From the NCBI GenBank assembly GCA_965223905.1, contig CBDCXV010000009.1:160001-224000 (forward strand): a DNA stretch of 64,000 bases. Reading direction: 5' to 3'. A program made the position numbers and the translations under genes. The DNA comes from Candidatus Latescibacterota bacterium (GTDB lineage: Bacteria > Latescibacterota > UBA2968 > UBA8231). Under the pieces are notes generated by a model, which did not search any database, was not told the origin of the DNA, and was given only the letters and a program-made list of their open reading frames with translations. The stretch's first letter is position 1. The number at the start of each line of letters is the position of its first letter. Shown here piece after piece: positions 53,416 to 64,000 of this stretch.

Positions 53416-54180
53416 ATGGCCGGTATGACGACAGAAGAAAGGTTCCAGTTCGACCTGCAGGGATACCTGGTGGTTCGGGGCGTGTTGACCTCCGAGGAGG
53501 TCGCCGAGCTCAACGAGCTGGCCGACGAGGCCTGGCCCGGAGAACACGACGGGACCGGCCTGCGCCGCACTTCCAATGTCTCGCAGTGGGGCCCGCGGTT
53601 TCGCGACCTGATCGACCATCCCGGCATCGTTCCCTACCTGGTCGAGCTGATGGGGCCGAAGTTCCGCATCGACCACGACTACAGCATGTTCATGCGCCGC
53701 GGCACCTCGCGCAGCCGCCTGCACGGCGGGCCGTCGCCGCAGTGCTACGAGGGGGATCACTGGTACCGGTTCTATCCCGACGGCACGATCCGCAACGGCC
53801 TGACAGTCTTCACCTACAACCTGACCGACTACAACCCCGGGGACGGCGGCTTCGCCTGCGTGCCGGGCAGCCACAAAACCAACCTGCGCGCGGCCATGCC
53901 GGAGGAGGTGCTCCGCTTCGAGCGTCCGGCCCATTACGTCAGGCAGCCCGCGGTGAAGGCGGGGGACGTGATCATCTTCACCGAGGCGCTGGTGCACGGC
54001 ACCTTTCCCTGGGACGCCGACCACGAGCGCCGGGCCCTGCTCTACAAGTACAGCCCCGGGCATTCCTCCTGGAGCGGCACCTACTACGACCCCGCGGACT
54101 ATCCAGGCGCCACCGAGCAGCAGATCCGCATCATGGCGCCCCCTTCGGTCGGCCAGCGGCCCGACTCGCTGCAGGCATAA
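53416..54180 (+). CDS. PhyH-family Fe(II)/2OG enzyme, HGG variant
   Basis: FDLQGYLVVRGVL, RLHGG, DGGFACVPGSHK, EALVHGT and RRALLYKY motifs; AGGAG RBS. Confidence 0.9.
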   Translation: MAGMTTEERFQFDLQGYLVVRGVLTSEEVAELNELADEAWPGEHDGTGLRRTSNVSQWGPRFRDLIDHPGIVPYLVELMGPKFRIDHDYSMFMRRGTSRSRLHGGPSPQCYEGDHWYRFYPDGTIRNGLTVFTYNLTDYNPGDGGFACVPGSHKTNLRAAMPEEVLRFERPAHYVRQPAVKAGDVIIFTEALVHGTFPWDADHERRALLYKYSPGHSSWSGTYYDPADYPGATEQQIRIMAPPSVGQRPDSLQA

Positions 54181-54374
54181 CAGCCCACGGCGGAGCGGGT
54201 TCCACGCGGCCGGCATCGGGGCCTGAACTGTCCTTGCAGGCCTCCCGATTCTGCCGATCTCACCGGCGGCCACCGGTCGCACCTTCAGGCCCGGTCTTTC
54301 AACCCCGGTCAACGGGAATTGTTACCTGCCCCGGGGTTGGAACCTCGGAGCGATCTTAGCGGCCTCCCAAGCCT

Positions 54375-55529
54375 TCACCGCTCGATGGTGTAGCGGGCCA
54401 CCGCGTCTTCGTTCAGCTCGATACCCAACCCGGGCCCTTCCGGAACCGCGGCGAAACCGCCTTCAACGGCCACCGGCGAGCCGGCCAGCTCCGTCATCAT
54501 CGGGCTCAGCCTGTCGGCGCTGGCCTCCCCCCATTCCCGGCGGGTGATCGGGTACTCGCACAGGAATCCCTGCGGCATCGCCGCCACGAGGTGAATGCTG
54601 GCGGCGAAATTGATCGCCGTTCCCCAGTTGTGGGGCACCACCGGGATGTTCGCCAGCCGCGCCATCTCGGCGATCCGCCGTCCCTCGGTCAGCCCTCCCA
54701 CCCACGACAGGTCGGGCTGCAGCAGGTCGACGGCGCGCCGTTCGATCAGGTCCCTGAAGGCGAACGCCGTCAGGTCGGACTCCCCCGCGGCGATGCGGAC
54801 CCTGGTGCGGGCGGTGAGCTCGGCCATGTTCCCCGCGTCGTCGGCGCTCGACAGGGGCTCCTCCCACCAGTAGATGCCGGCTCCCGAGTCCTCGATCATG
54901 CGTGCGGTCTGCAGGGCCTCGGCGAGGCTCTCGGGGCGGCCGAGGTCAAGCATGAGGTCGACCTCCTCGCCGGCCAGGGCGCGCAGCTCCCGCAGGATGG
55001 CGACGTCCCGCGCGGGCTTGCGGCCGAAGTCGGACCAGCCGTAGAACTTGAGCGCCCGGTACCCCTGGCGGACGTACTCCCCGGTATCGGCGAAGGCCTG
55101 GTCCGGGGCGTCGCCGTCGACCCAGATGCTGCTGACATATACCTTGACGCGCTCCCGGAACCGGCCCCCCAGCAGATCGCACAGGGGGATGTTCAGCGAG
55201 CGCGCCGCGGCGTCGTGGACGGCCATGTCGATGCCGCTGACGGCGTGGATCATCATCCCGCGGCGGTCGTAGAGGCGGCGGCAGGCGTCGTACATCCGCT
55301 CCCAGACGACGCTGGTCGCCAGCACTTTCTGGCCGACGACCTCCTGCGCCAGCCGCCGGTCGATCAGCTCACTTGCAGCGAACACGCCGCCGCCGAAGCG
55401 GTCGGGGACGAAGCACTCCCCGAGGCCTTCCACACCCTCGTCGGTGCGCACCCGAACAAGCACCCAGCCTCCGTGGGGATACTCGTACGACTTCAGAACT
55501 CGAGCGGTGACTTCCGCAATCCTCGGCAT
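54375..55529 (-). CDS. Mandelate racemase / muconate lactonizing enzyme family protein
   Basis: VRVRTDEGVEGLGE, SGIDMAVHD, LLGGRFRE, LMLD, WWEEP, AAGE, QPD, PHNW and PGLGIE motifs; start at MPRIAEV (GGAGG). Confidence 0.92.
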   Translation of the reverse strand: MPRIAEVTARVLKSYEYPHGGWVLVRVRTDEGVEGLGECFVPDRFGGGVFAASELIDRRLAQEVVGQKVLATSVVWERMYDACRRLYDRRGMMIHAVSGIDMAVHDAAARSLNIPLCDLLGGRFRERVKVYVSSIWVDGDAPDQAFADTGEYVRQGYRALKFYGWSDFGRKPARDVAILRELRALAGEEVDLMLDLGRPESLAEALQTARMIEDSGAGIYWWEEPLSSADDAGNMAELTARTRVRIAAGESDLTAFAFRDLIERRAVDLLQPDLSWVGGLTEGRRIAEMARLANIPVVPHNWGTAINFAASIHLVAAMPQGFLCEYPITRREWGEASADRLSPMMTELAGSPVAVEGGFAAVPEGPGLGIELNEDAVARYTIER

Positions 55530-55796
55530 GTGATCCTCCGGTTTCTTCGATTGACAGCGACCGGGCCTCCCGCCACCTTCACCGCTCCACGGTCCGTTGA
55601 TGCCCCGGCAAGGTCGAAACCGCGCGTAGGAAAAAGGCGGCCGGCCCGGGGTCGGGGGTCCCCTGCAGGGAGCGGGACGCTGAATCCGGAACGCTTTTCC
55701 GTGCGTTCCCAACAGATACCGAAGGGTTCGCGGAGGCAAGGGGAACGCAGCCGGATCTGTTTTCAACGGGCGTCCCAAAGCAATATGGAGGCTGCC

Positions 55797-56093
55797 GTGC
55801 CGGAAAGAACCGTCAGTGATGAAGTCGGGTCGAAGCTGCTGTTCGAAAACGATCGCGTGCGCGTCTGGGATCTGCGCATCGATCCGGGCGAGAGCACCGG
55901 TCTTCACCGCCACACCAAAGACTACCTGTACGTCGTTATCGGCGGCGGCAGCCTGAAAGGGCCGGGCGGCGAACCGAAGGAGATGGCGGACGGCGAGGTG
56001 GTCTTCCGGGAAATCCCCGGCGAGGAGATCCACGAGGCGATCAACGCCGGCGACCGGCCCTGGCGGAATATCATAGTCGAACTGAAGGACTGA
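55797..56093 (+). CDS. Small cupin-domain protein
   Basis: VGSKLLFENDRVRVWDLRIDPGESTGLHRH...HEAINAG...IIVELK; GGAGG upstream of GTG. Confidence 0.85.
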   Translation: MPERTVSDEVGSKLLFENDRVRVWDLRIDPGESTGLHRHTKDYLYVVIGGGSLKGPGGEPKEMADGEVVFREIPGEEIHEAINAGDRPWRNIIVELKD

Positions 56094-56230
56094 CCGGGGC
56101 GCGCGCTGCCGCGGTTGCTTCGGCCTGCGCCCTTCTTCACACACATCCCTTCGTTTTCTCCCCGGCAATCCGGGCGGGCAAAGGCAGGTTCGGCCGGCTC
56201 TCCCGGTCCCTATTCCTCAAGCAAAGTGAT

Positions 56231-58066
56231 ATGTCTGTGGCAACCTGTCCCAAACGCCTTCTGATACCCTTCCTCCTCGCCGCCGCGGCGCTTGCCGCAG
56301 AGGCCCAGCAGATCGAGCGCGGCCACGCCCTCGGCATCCACTCCGAGGTCAAGTACGGCCCCGACTTCCGGCACTTCGACTACGCGAACCCCGAGGCCCC
56401 CAAAGGGGGGGAGCTGCGGCTGGCGGTCGTCGGCACCTTCGACAACCTCAACCCGTTCATCCTCAAGGGGATAGCGGCCCAGGGCACGCGCATGATCTAC
56501 AGCCGCCTGTGCACGAAGTCACTCGACGAGCCGCTCAGCGAGTACGGGCAGCTCGCCGAGGTCATCGAGTGCCCCGCCGACCGCTCCTGGGTCACCTTCC
56601 ACCTGCGGCCGGAGGCGCGCTGGCACGACGGGGTCCCGGTCACCCCGGCGGACGTCATCTTCACCTTCGAGACGCTGATCACCAGGGGCACGCCGTTCTA
56701 CCGCAGCTTCTACGCCGACGTCGACACGGTGGAGCAGCTCGGCGAACACGCCGTGAGATTCCGCTTCGCACCCGGAACCAGCAACCGGGAGCTGCCCCTC
56801 ATCCTCGGGCAGCTGCGCATCCTTCCGGAGCATTACTGGCAGGGGCGCGACTTCGCCGGGACGACCCTGGAGCCGCCGCTCGGCAGCGGGCCGTACCGGA
56901 TCGCCGCGGTCGATCCCGGCCGCTCGATCACCTACGAGCGCGTCGCCGGCAACTGGGACGAGGAGCTTCCGGTGCAGCGCGGGCACCACAACTTCGGCAG
57001 GATTCGCTACGAGTACTACCGCGACGAGACGGTGGCGGTCGAGGCCTTCAAGGCGGGGGAATACGACCTGCGTTTCGCCGCCAGCGCCGGGGAGTGGGCC
57101 ACGGGCTACGACGTCGAGCCGGTGAAGCGGGGGCTGCTGGTTCGCGAGGCGATCCCCCACGAAATGATCCGCGGCATGAGCGGGTTCGTGTTCAACACCC
57201 GCCGCGAAAAATTCGCCGATCCCAGGGTGCGCGAGGCCCTGGCCTACGCCTTCGATTTCGAGTGGACGAACGCCACCCTGTTTTTCGACCTCTACCACCG
57301 GACGCGCAGTTACTTCGAGAACTCCGAGCTCGCCGCGACCGGCCTGCCGGAGGGGGAAGAGCTGAAGATCCTCAGCGGTTTTCGCGGCCGCGTGCCCGAA
57401 ACGCTGTTCAGCGAGCCGTACCTCCCGCCCTCGACGGAAGGGGGCGGCCAACTGCGGGCCAACCTGCGCACCGCCCGCGGCCTGCTCGCCGAAGCGGGGT
57501 GGCAGGTCGGGGAGGAGGGACTGACGCACCTCGAGTCGGGTGAGGTCATGGAGATCGAGTTCCTGCTCGTGCGCCCACTCTACGAGCGCGTCGTCGCCCC
57601 GATGCAGAAGAACCTCGAGCGCCTCGGCATCGACTCCCGCATCCGCACCGTCGACGCGGCGCAGTACTGGAACCGGCTGCAGCAGTTCGACTACGACGTT
57701 ATCGCGCGCTCGTGGAACCAGTACCTGAGCCCGGGCAACGAGCAGCGCAACTACTGGACGACGGCCTCGGCCGCGGCCCCCGGCAGCCGCAACTACCCCG
57801 GCATCAGGGATCCGGTGGTCGACGAGCTGGTCGAGCGCGTCATCTCCGCCCAGGACCGGGGGACGCAGGTGGCCACCGCCCGCGCCCTCGACCGCGTGCT
57901 GCTGTGGGGGCATTACGTGATCCCCCACTGGCACAGCCGCGAGCACCGCGTCATCTACTGGGACAAGTTCGGCCGCCCCGGGGTGCTGCCGAGAAACGAC
58001 CTCGCCCCGGTCCGCACCTGGTGGGTCGACCCGGTCAAAGAGGCGCGGCTGCGGGAGCGCCGCTGA
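56231..58066 (+). CDS. Peptide ABC transporter substrate-binding protein, YejA-like (standalone copy)
   Basis: Signal peptide; KYGPDFRHFDYANPEAPKGG, FDNLNPFILKG, PLGSGPY and [14 protein letters not shown] motifs. Confidence 0.93.
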   Translation: MSVATCPKRLLIPFLLAAAALAAEAQQIERGHALGIHSEVKYGPDFRHFDYANPEAPKGGELRLAVVGTFDNLNPFILKGIAAQGTRMIYSRLCTKSLDEPLSEYGQLAEVIECPADRSWVTFHLRPEARWHDGVPVTPADVIFTFETLITRGTPFYRSFYADVDTVEQLGEHAVRFRFAPGTSNRELPLILGQLRILPEHYWQGRDFAGTTLEPPLGSGPYRIAAVDPGRSITYERVAGNWDEELPVQRGHHNFGRIRYEYYRDETVAVEAFKAGEYDLRFAASAGEWATGYDVEPVKRGLLVREAIPHEMIRGMSGFVFNTRREKFADPRVREALAYAFDFEWTNATLFFDLYHRTRSYFENSELAATGLPEGEELKILSGFRGRVPETLFSEPYLPPSTEGGGQLRANLRTARGLLAEAGWQVGEEGLTHLESGEVMEIEFLLVRPLYERVVAPMQKNLERLGIDSRIRTVDAAQYWNRLQQFDYDVIARSWNQYLSPGNEQRNYWTTASAAAPGSRNYPGIRDPVVDELVERVISAQDRGTQVATARALDRVLLWGHYVIPHWHSREHRVIYWDKFGRPGVLPRNDLAPVRTWWVDPVKEARLRERR

Positions 58067-58429
58067 CCGGCCTTGCGGCGCAGTTTCGCAGCGAGGGGGA
58101 AAACCGCTATTTCGCGTTCGTTTCGAGGGTGGGAAGCCGGCGCAAAACCGAAGGGCCGGATTCCTCGAACATGCGCAAGGTCACCGGCCCAGGGCATCGG
58201 GAAACGCTTGCAGCCGGGAGATGAAACAGAGGCTCTCGCCGCCCGGGGGCCAGATTTGGCGATGGACGCATGCAGTCAGGGGGGCGGGGTTCGGTAGGCA
58301 GGGAACGGGCTGAGAACAGGTGGCAGGCAGACTCCCCCGACTCCGAGAGCAGACCCAAGGCGAAATGCCAGTGCTTCCTGGTGTGGTAAGGTAAAAGGAG
58401 ATAGTCAAAGGTTTTAGCGCCGCGCTCCG

Positions 58430-60045
<1,616 letters not shown>

Positions 60046-60049
<4 letters not shown>

Positions 60050-61161
60050 GAGCTTTCTCCCGGAAGGCCGGTCTCAGCCGCGGCGAAGGTCTTGCGCGGA
60101 TCGAAGGCGTCGCGCACCGCCTCTCCGATGAAGACGAGAAGCGACAGCATGACGGCCAGCGAGAAGAAGGCGGCGAAGCCGAGCCAGGGGGCCTGCAGGT
60201 TGCGTTTCCCCTGGTTGAGTAGCTCCCCCAGCGACGGCGACCCGGGAGGCAGGCCGAAGCCGAGGAAGTCGAGGGAGGTCAGCACCGTGACCGAGCCGGT
60301 GAGGATGAAGGGCAGAAACGTCAGCGTCGAGACCATGGCGTTCGGCAGCACGTGCCGCCACATGATGCGCCGGTCGCTCTGCCCGAGGGCCCGGGCGGCC
60401 TTGACGAAGTCGAAGTTGCGGGCCCGCAGGAACTCGGCGCGGACGACCCCGACCAGCCCCATCCAGCGGAACAGCAGAAGCAGCCCCAGCAGCCACCAGA
60501 AGTTCGGCTCGACCACGCTCGCCAGGATGATCAGCAGGTAGAGCAACGGAAGCCCCTGCCAGATCTCGATGAAGCGCTGGAAGACCAGGTCGACCCAGCC
60601 GCCGAAGTACCCCTGTACGGCGCCGGCGGCGATGCCGGCCGCGGCGCTGAAGAGGGTCAGCAGGAGGCCGAACAGCACGGAAATCCGGTACCCGTAGATC
60701 AGGCGCGCGGCGACGTCGCGCGCCTGATCGTCGGTGCCGAGCCAGTTGCCGCCGTCCGGAGGGGAAGGGGCAGGCTGCGCGAGGCCGTAGTTGACGGTGT
60801 CGTAGCTGAAGGGAATGGGGGGCCACAGGATCCAGCCCCGCTCCTCGATGAGCCCGGCGACGAACGGGTCGCGGTATTCCGCCTCGGTCTCGAAGTCGCC
60901 GCCGAAGGCGGTCTCGGGGTAGGTGGCCAGGACGGGGAAGTACCAGGAGCCGTCGAACCTCACCAGGAGGGGGCGGTCGTTGGCGATGAACTCGGCCGGC
61001 AGGCTGAGGGCGAACAGGAACCAGAAGACCCGGTTGCTCCAGAAGCCGCGGCGGTTGCGGCGGAAGTTGGCGAGCCGGCGCTGATTGAGCCGCGACAGCC
61101 GCATCCCGAGGAAGCGCGCTTCCGCTTCGGCGGGCGGCGATGCTGTGGTTCCGGCGCTCAC
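60046..61161 (-). CDS. yejE: Peptide ABC permease
   Basis: [22 protein letters not shown] and [19 protein letters not shown] motifs. Confidence 0.92.
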
Positions 61162-62255
61162 AGCTCGCGGCTCTCGAAGTCGATGCGCCGGTCGACGAGG
61201 GTGTAGGTCAGGTCCCCCACCAGCTGCATCACCAGTCCGAGGAGGGTGAAGAAGTAGAGGGTCGCGAACATCACCGGGTAGTCGCGCCCGATCGCCGCTT
61301 CGTAGCCGAGAAGCCCGAGGCCGTCGAGGGAGAAGATGATCTCAGTCAGCAGCGCCCCGGTGAAGAAGATGTCGACGAAGGCGCTCGGAAAACCGGCGAT
61401 GACGATGAGCATGGCGTTGCGGAAGACGTGGCCGTAGAGGACGCGGCCCTCGCTCAGCCCCTTGGCGCGGGCGGTGACCACGTACTGCTTGTTGACCTCG
61501 TCGAGGAAGGAGTTCTTGGTCAGCAGCGTCAGTCCGGCGAAGCCGCCGATCACCATGGCGCAGACCGGCAGCGCCAGGTGCCAGAAATAGTCGGCGATCT
61601 TGTTCAGGAAGCCGAGCTCCTCCCAGTTGGAGGAGACCAGCCCGCGCAGGGGAAACCAGTCGAGGTAGTGGCCGCCGGCGAACAGCACGATCAGCAGGAT
61701 GGCGAACAGGAAGCTCGGAATCGCGTAGCCGACGATGACCACCGCGGAAGTCCAGACGTCGAACCGCGTCCCGTCCCTGACTGCCTTGGCGATTCCGAGG
61801 GGGATGGAGATGCAGTAGACGAGCAGGGTCGTCCACAGCCCCAGCGAGATCGACACCGGCATCTTTTCCCGGACGAGGTCGACGACGCGCCGGTCGCGGT
61901 AGAAGCTCTCGCCGAAGTCGAAGGAGACGTACTGCACGACCATCTGCCGGAAGCGCTCGTGGGCCGGCTTGTCGAAGCCGTACATGCGTTCCAGCTCGGC
62001 GATCAGGTCGGGGTCGAGGCCCTGGGCGCCGCGGTACTTGCCGGCCGCTTCCCCGGCGCCGAGGGCGTCGAGCGTCTCCCCTTCGCCGGCGCCGCTCACC
62101 CGCGCCGTGGCATCCGGCGCGTGCCCCTGGATGAGGGCGATCGCCTGCTCCACCGGCCCGCCGGGGGCTGCCTGGATGACGAGGAAGTTGACGAACATGA
62201 CGCCGAACAGGGTCGGCACCATGAGCATCAGCCGCCGCAGGATGTAGGCGGTCAT
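61158..62255 (-). CDS. yejB: Peptide ABC permease
   Basis: [37 protein letters not shown] and RDYPV motifs. Confidence 0.92.
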   Translation of the reverse strand: MTAYILRRLMLMVPTLFGVMFVNFLVIQAAPGGPVEQAIALIQGHAPDATARVSGAGEGETLDALGAGEAAGKYRGAQGLDPDLIAELERMYGFDKPAHERFRQMVVQYVSFDFGESFYRDRRVVDLVREKMPVSISLGLWTTLLVYCISIPLGIAKAVRDGTRFDVWTSAVVIVGYAIPSFLFAILLIVLFAGGHYLDWFPLRGLVSSNWEELGFLNKIADYFWHLALPVCAMVIGGFAGLTLLTKNSFLDEVNKQYVVTARAKGLSEGRVLYGHVFRNAMLIVIAGFPSAFVDIFFTGALLTEIIFSLDGLGLLGYEAAIGRDYPVMFATLYFFTLLGLVMQLVGDLTYTLVDRRIDFESREL

Positions 62256-62337
62256 TCGGTGGGCTGTCCCATCAGTCGCCTTGGGTGCCGGCGCTCCGGC
62301 CGCGGAATTCCGGCACTCTGTTTCCGGGGAAGGGACA

Positions 62338-64000
62338 CTACTCGGTCTTCTGCAGCCGAGACGCTTTCTCCGCGTCGTACCACCAGGTCAGCGGCAGCAC
62401 GAACAGGTCTCCGGTGTACGGGGCGGTCTTTGCGGGCCGCCCGAACTTGTCCCAGCGCAGGGTGCGGAAGGCGTTGATGTGCCAGTGGGGGATGACGTAG
62501 TGCCCCCACAGCAGCACCCGGTCGAGGGCCCGGGTCAGGGCGATCAGCTCGGCCCGGTCCGGGGCGGCGATCAGCCGGTCGACCAGCTCGTCGACCACCG
62601 GGTCGGCGATGCCGGCGAGGTTGCCGCTGCCGGGCTTTGCGGCCGCGGCCGTCGTCCAGTAGTTGCGCTGCTCGTTGCCCGGGCTCAGGCTCTGGGCCCG
62701 CACCGTGGTGACGATGTCGAAGTCGAACTCCTGGACCCGGTTCTGGTACTGGGCGTCGTCGACGGTGCGGATCCGCGCCGCGATCCCGAGGCGCTCGAGG
62801 TTGCCGATCACCGGGGCGACGATCCGCTCCCAGCTCGGGCTGCCCAACAGGAACTCGATCTCCATCGCCTTCCCGGTCTCCGCGTGCGCCAGGGTGCCGT
62901 CGGCGACGCTCCAGCCGGCCTCCTTCAGAAGCCGCGTCGCTTGGCGCAGGTTGCCGCGGATCTGCCCCGAGCCGTCCGTTTTCGGCGGATCGTAGGCCTC
63001 GCCGAACACCTCGTCCGGGATCCTGCCGCGGTACTCCTCGAGGATCTCCAGCTCGCGGCCCGACGGCGTTCCCGAGGAGGCGAGCTCGGAGTTCGAGAAG
63101 AAGCTTTTCGTGCGGGTGTACTGGCCGTAGAACAGGTTGGCGTTGGTCCATTCGAAGTCGAAAGCGTGCCCCAGGGCCTGGCGCACCTTGGGGTCGGCGA
63201 ACTTCGCCCGCCTGGTGTTGAACCAGAAGGCCTGCATGCCGGTCGGCCTCTGGTGGGGGATCAGCTCCTTTATCAGCCGGCCCTCGCGGACCGCGTCGAC
63301 GTCGTACGCGGTCGCCCAGTCCTTGGAGGTGTTCTCCGAGCGGTAGTCGAACTCCCCCGCCTTCAACGCCTCGAGGGCCACCGTCTGGTCGCGGTAGAAG
63401 TCGAAGTGTACCCGTTCGAAGTTGAAGCGCCCCTTGTTGACCGGCAGGTCGCGGCCCCAGTACTCCTCGATCCGCTCGTAGGTGATGAAACACCCCGCCT
63501 CGATCGCGGCGATCCGGTAGGGCCCGCTGCCCGGGGGCGGATCGAGGGTCGTCTCCTCGAAGTCGCGGCCTTCCCAGTAATGTTTCGGCAGCACCGGGAA
63601 CTGCCCGGCGATCATGGGAAGCTCCCGGTTGAGTTCGCCGCCGAAGCTCATCTTCACCCGGCGCGGGCCTATCTTTTCGGCGCTCTCGATGTTCTCGTAG
63701 TAGGCGCGCCATCCCGGGTGCCCCTTGGTCTGTAGAACCTGCAGCGAGTAGACGACGTCTTCCGCGGTGACCGGTTTGCCGTCGTGCCAGCGGGCTTCCT
63801 CGCGCAGGTCGAAGATCACCCAGCGCCCTTCGGCGTCGATCTCGATGCTCGCGGCGAGGCGGCCGTACTGCGAGAACGCCTCGTCCTCGGCGCGTTCGAA
63901 CAGCGGCTCGTAGAGGAGCGGGCTCATCCTCGGCGGGGAGATCCCCTTGAGTACGAACGGATTGAGGCTGTCGAAGGTGCCGATGGTTCCGAGCCGGATC
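62338..64000 (-). CDS. yejA: Peptide ABC substrate-binding protein (5' end beyond window)
   Basis: Frame open to the window end ([13 protein letters not shown] at 63947-63985); [13 protein letters not shown] and [14 protein letters not shown] motifs. Confidence 0.92.
   Translation of the reverse strand, partial: IRLGTIGTFDSLNPFVLKGISPPRMSPLLYEPLFERAEDEAFSQYGRLAASIEIDAEGRWVIFDLREEARWHDGKPVTAEDVVYSLQVLQTKGHPGWRAYYENIESAEKIGPRRVKMSFGGELNRELPMIAGQFPVLPKHYWEGRDFEETTLDPPPGSGPYRIAAIEAGCFITYERIEEYWGRDLPVNKGRFNFERVHFDFYRDQTVALEALKAGEFDYRSENTSKDWATAYDVDAVREGRLIKELIPHQRPTGMQAFWFNTRRAKFADPKVRQALGHAFDFEWTNANLFYGQYTRTKSFFSNSELASSGTPSGRELEILEEYRGRIPDEVFGEAYDPPKTDGSGQIRGNLRQATRLLKEAGWSVADGTLAHAETGKAMEIEFLLGSPSWERIVAPVIGNLERLGIAARIRTVDDAQYQNRVQEFDFDIVTTVRAQSLSPGNEQRNYWTTAAAAKPGSGNLAGIADPVVDELVDRLIAAPDRAELIALTRALDRVLLWGHYVIPHWHINAFRTLRWDKFGRPAKTAPYTGDLFVLPLTWWYDAEKASRLQKTE

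Noticed and set aside
58067-58429. 363-bp convergent intergenic gap
   Set aside because: No terminal inverted repeats, credible ORF or strong structure seen.

Overview
High-GC bacterial chromosomal segment, gene-dense, with no rRNA, tRNA, CRISPR array, integrase or transposase that I can see. The C-terminal 'QNYPNPFN' sorting domains, internalin-like LRR protein, PhyH dioxygenases and TonB receptors suggest an FCB-group lineage such as Latescibacterota/Gemmatimonadota, possibly host-associated; this is inference only. From left to right: 5' part of aroC; a TolC/two-RND/MFP efflux operon; a metallo-hydrolase and YbjQ; a four-gene redox operon (flavoprotein, polyferredoxin membrane protein, exported DUF3179 protein, permuted TrxB-like/4Fe-4S membrane fusion) divergent from an ArsS-type radical SAM gene; a YyaL-like fusion; ggt; isochorismatase; hypotheticals; a kinase-less propeller sensor; hemA-ccsA; a TlpA redoxin with an unusual repeat insert; a YtrA-like GntR/ABC operon; LacI; a decayed hybrid sensor; two TonB receptors; VIT-vWA and LRR proteins; two PhyH enzymes; an enolase-family enzyme; a cupin; and a yejABEF-like peptide ABC system with an extra binding protein. 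Top candidates for novelty: (1) the ArsS-linked trans-membrane redox module; (2) a self-contained sigma54/IHF unit encoding a 32-aa membrane peptide; (3) a roughly 290-nt structured transcript with its own promoter and terminator carrying an 11-codon ORF behind an unusually long Shine-Dalgarno; (4) a five-copy ~31-aa repeat inside TlpA.
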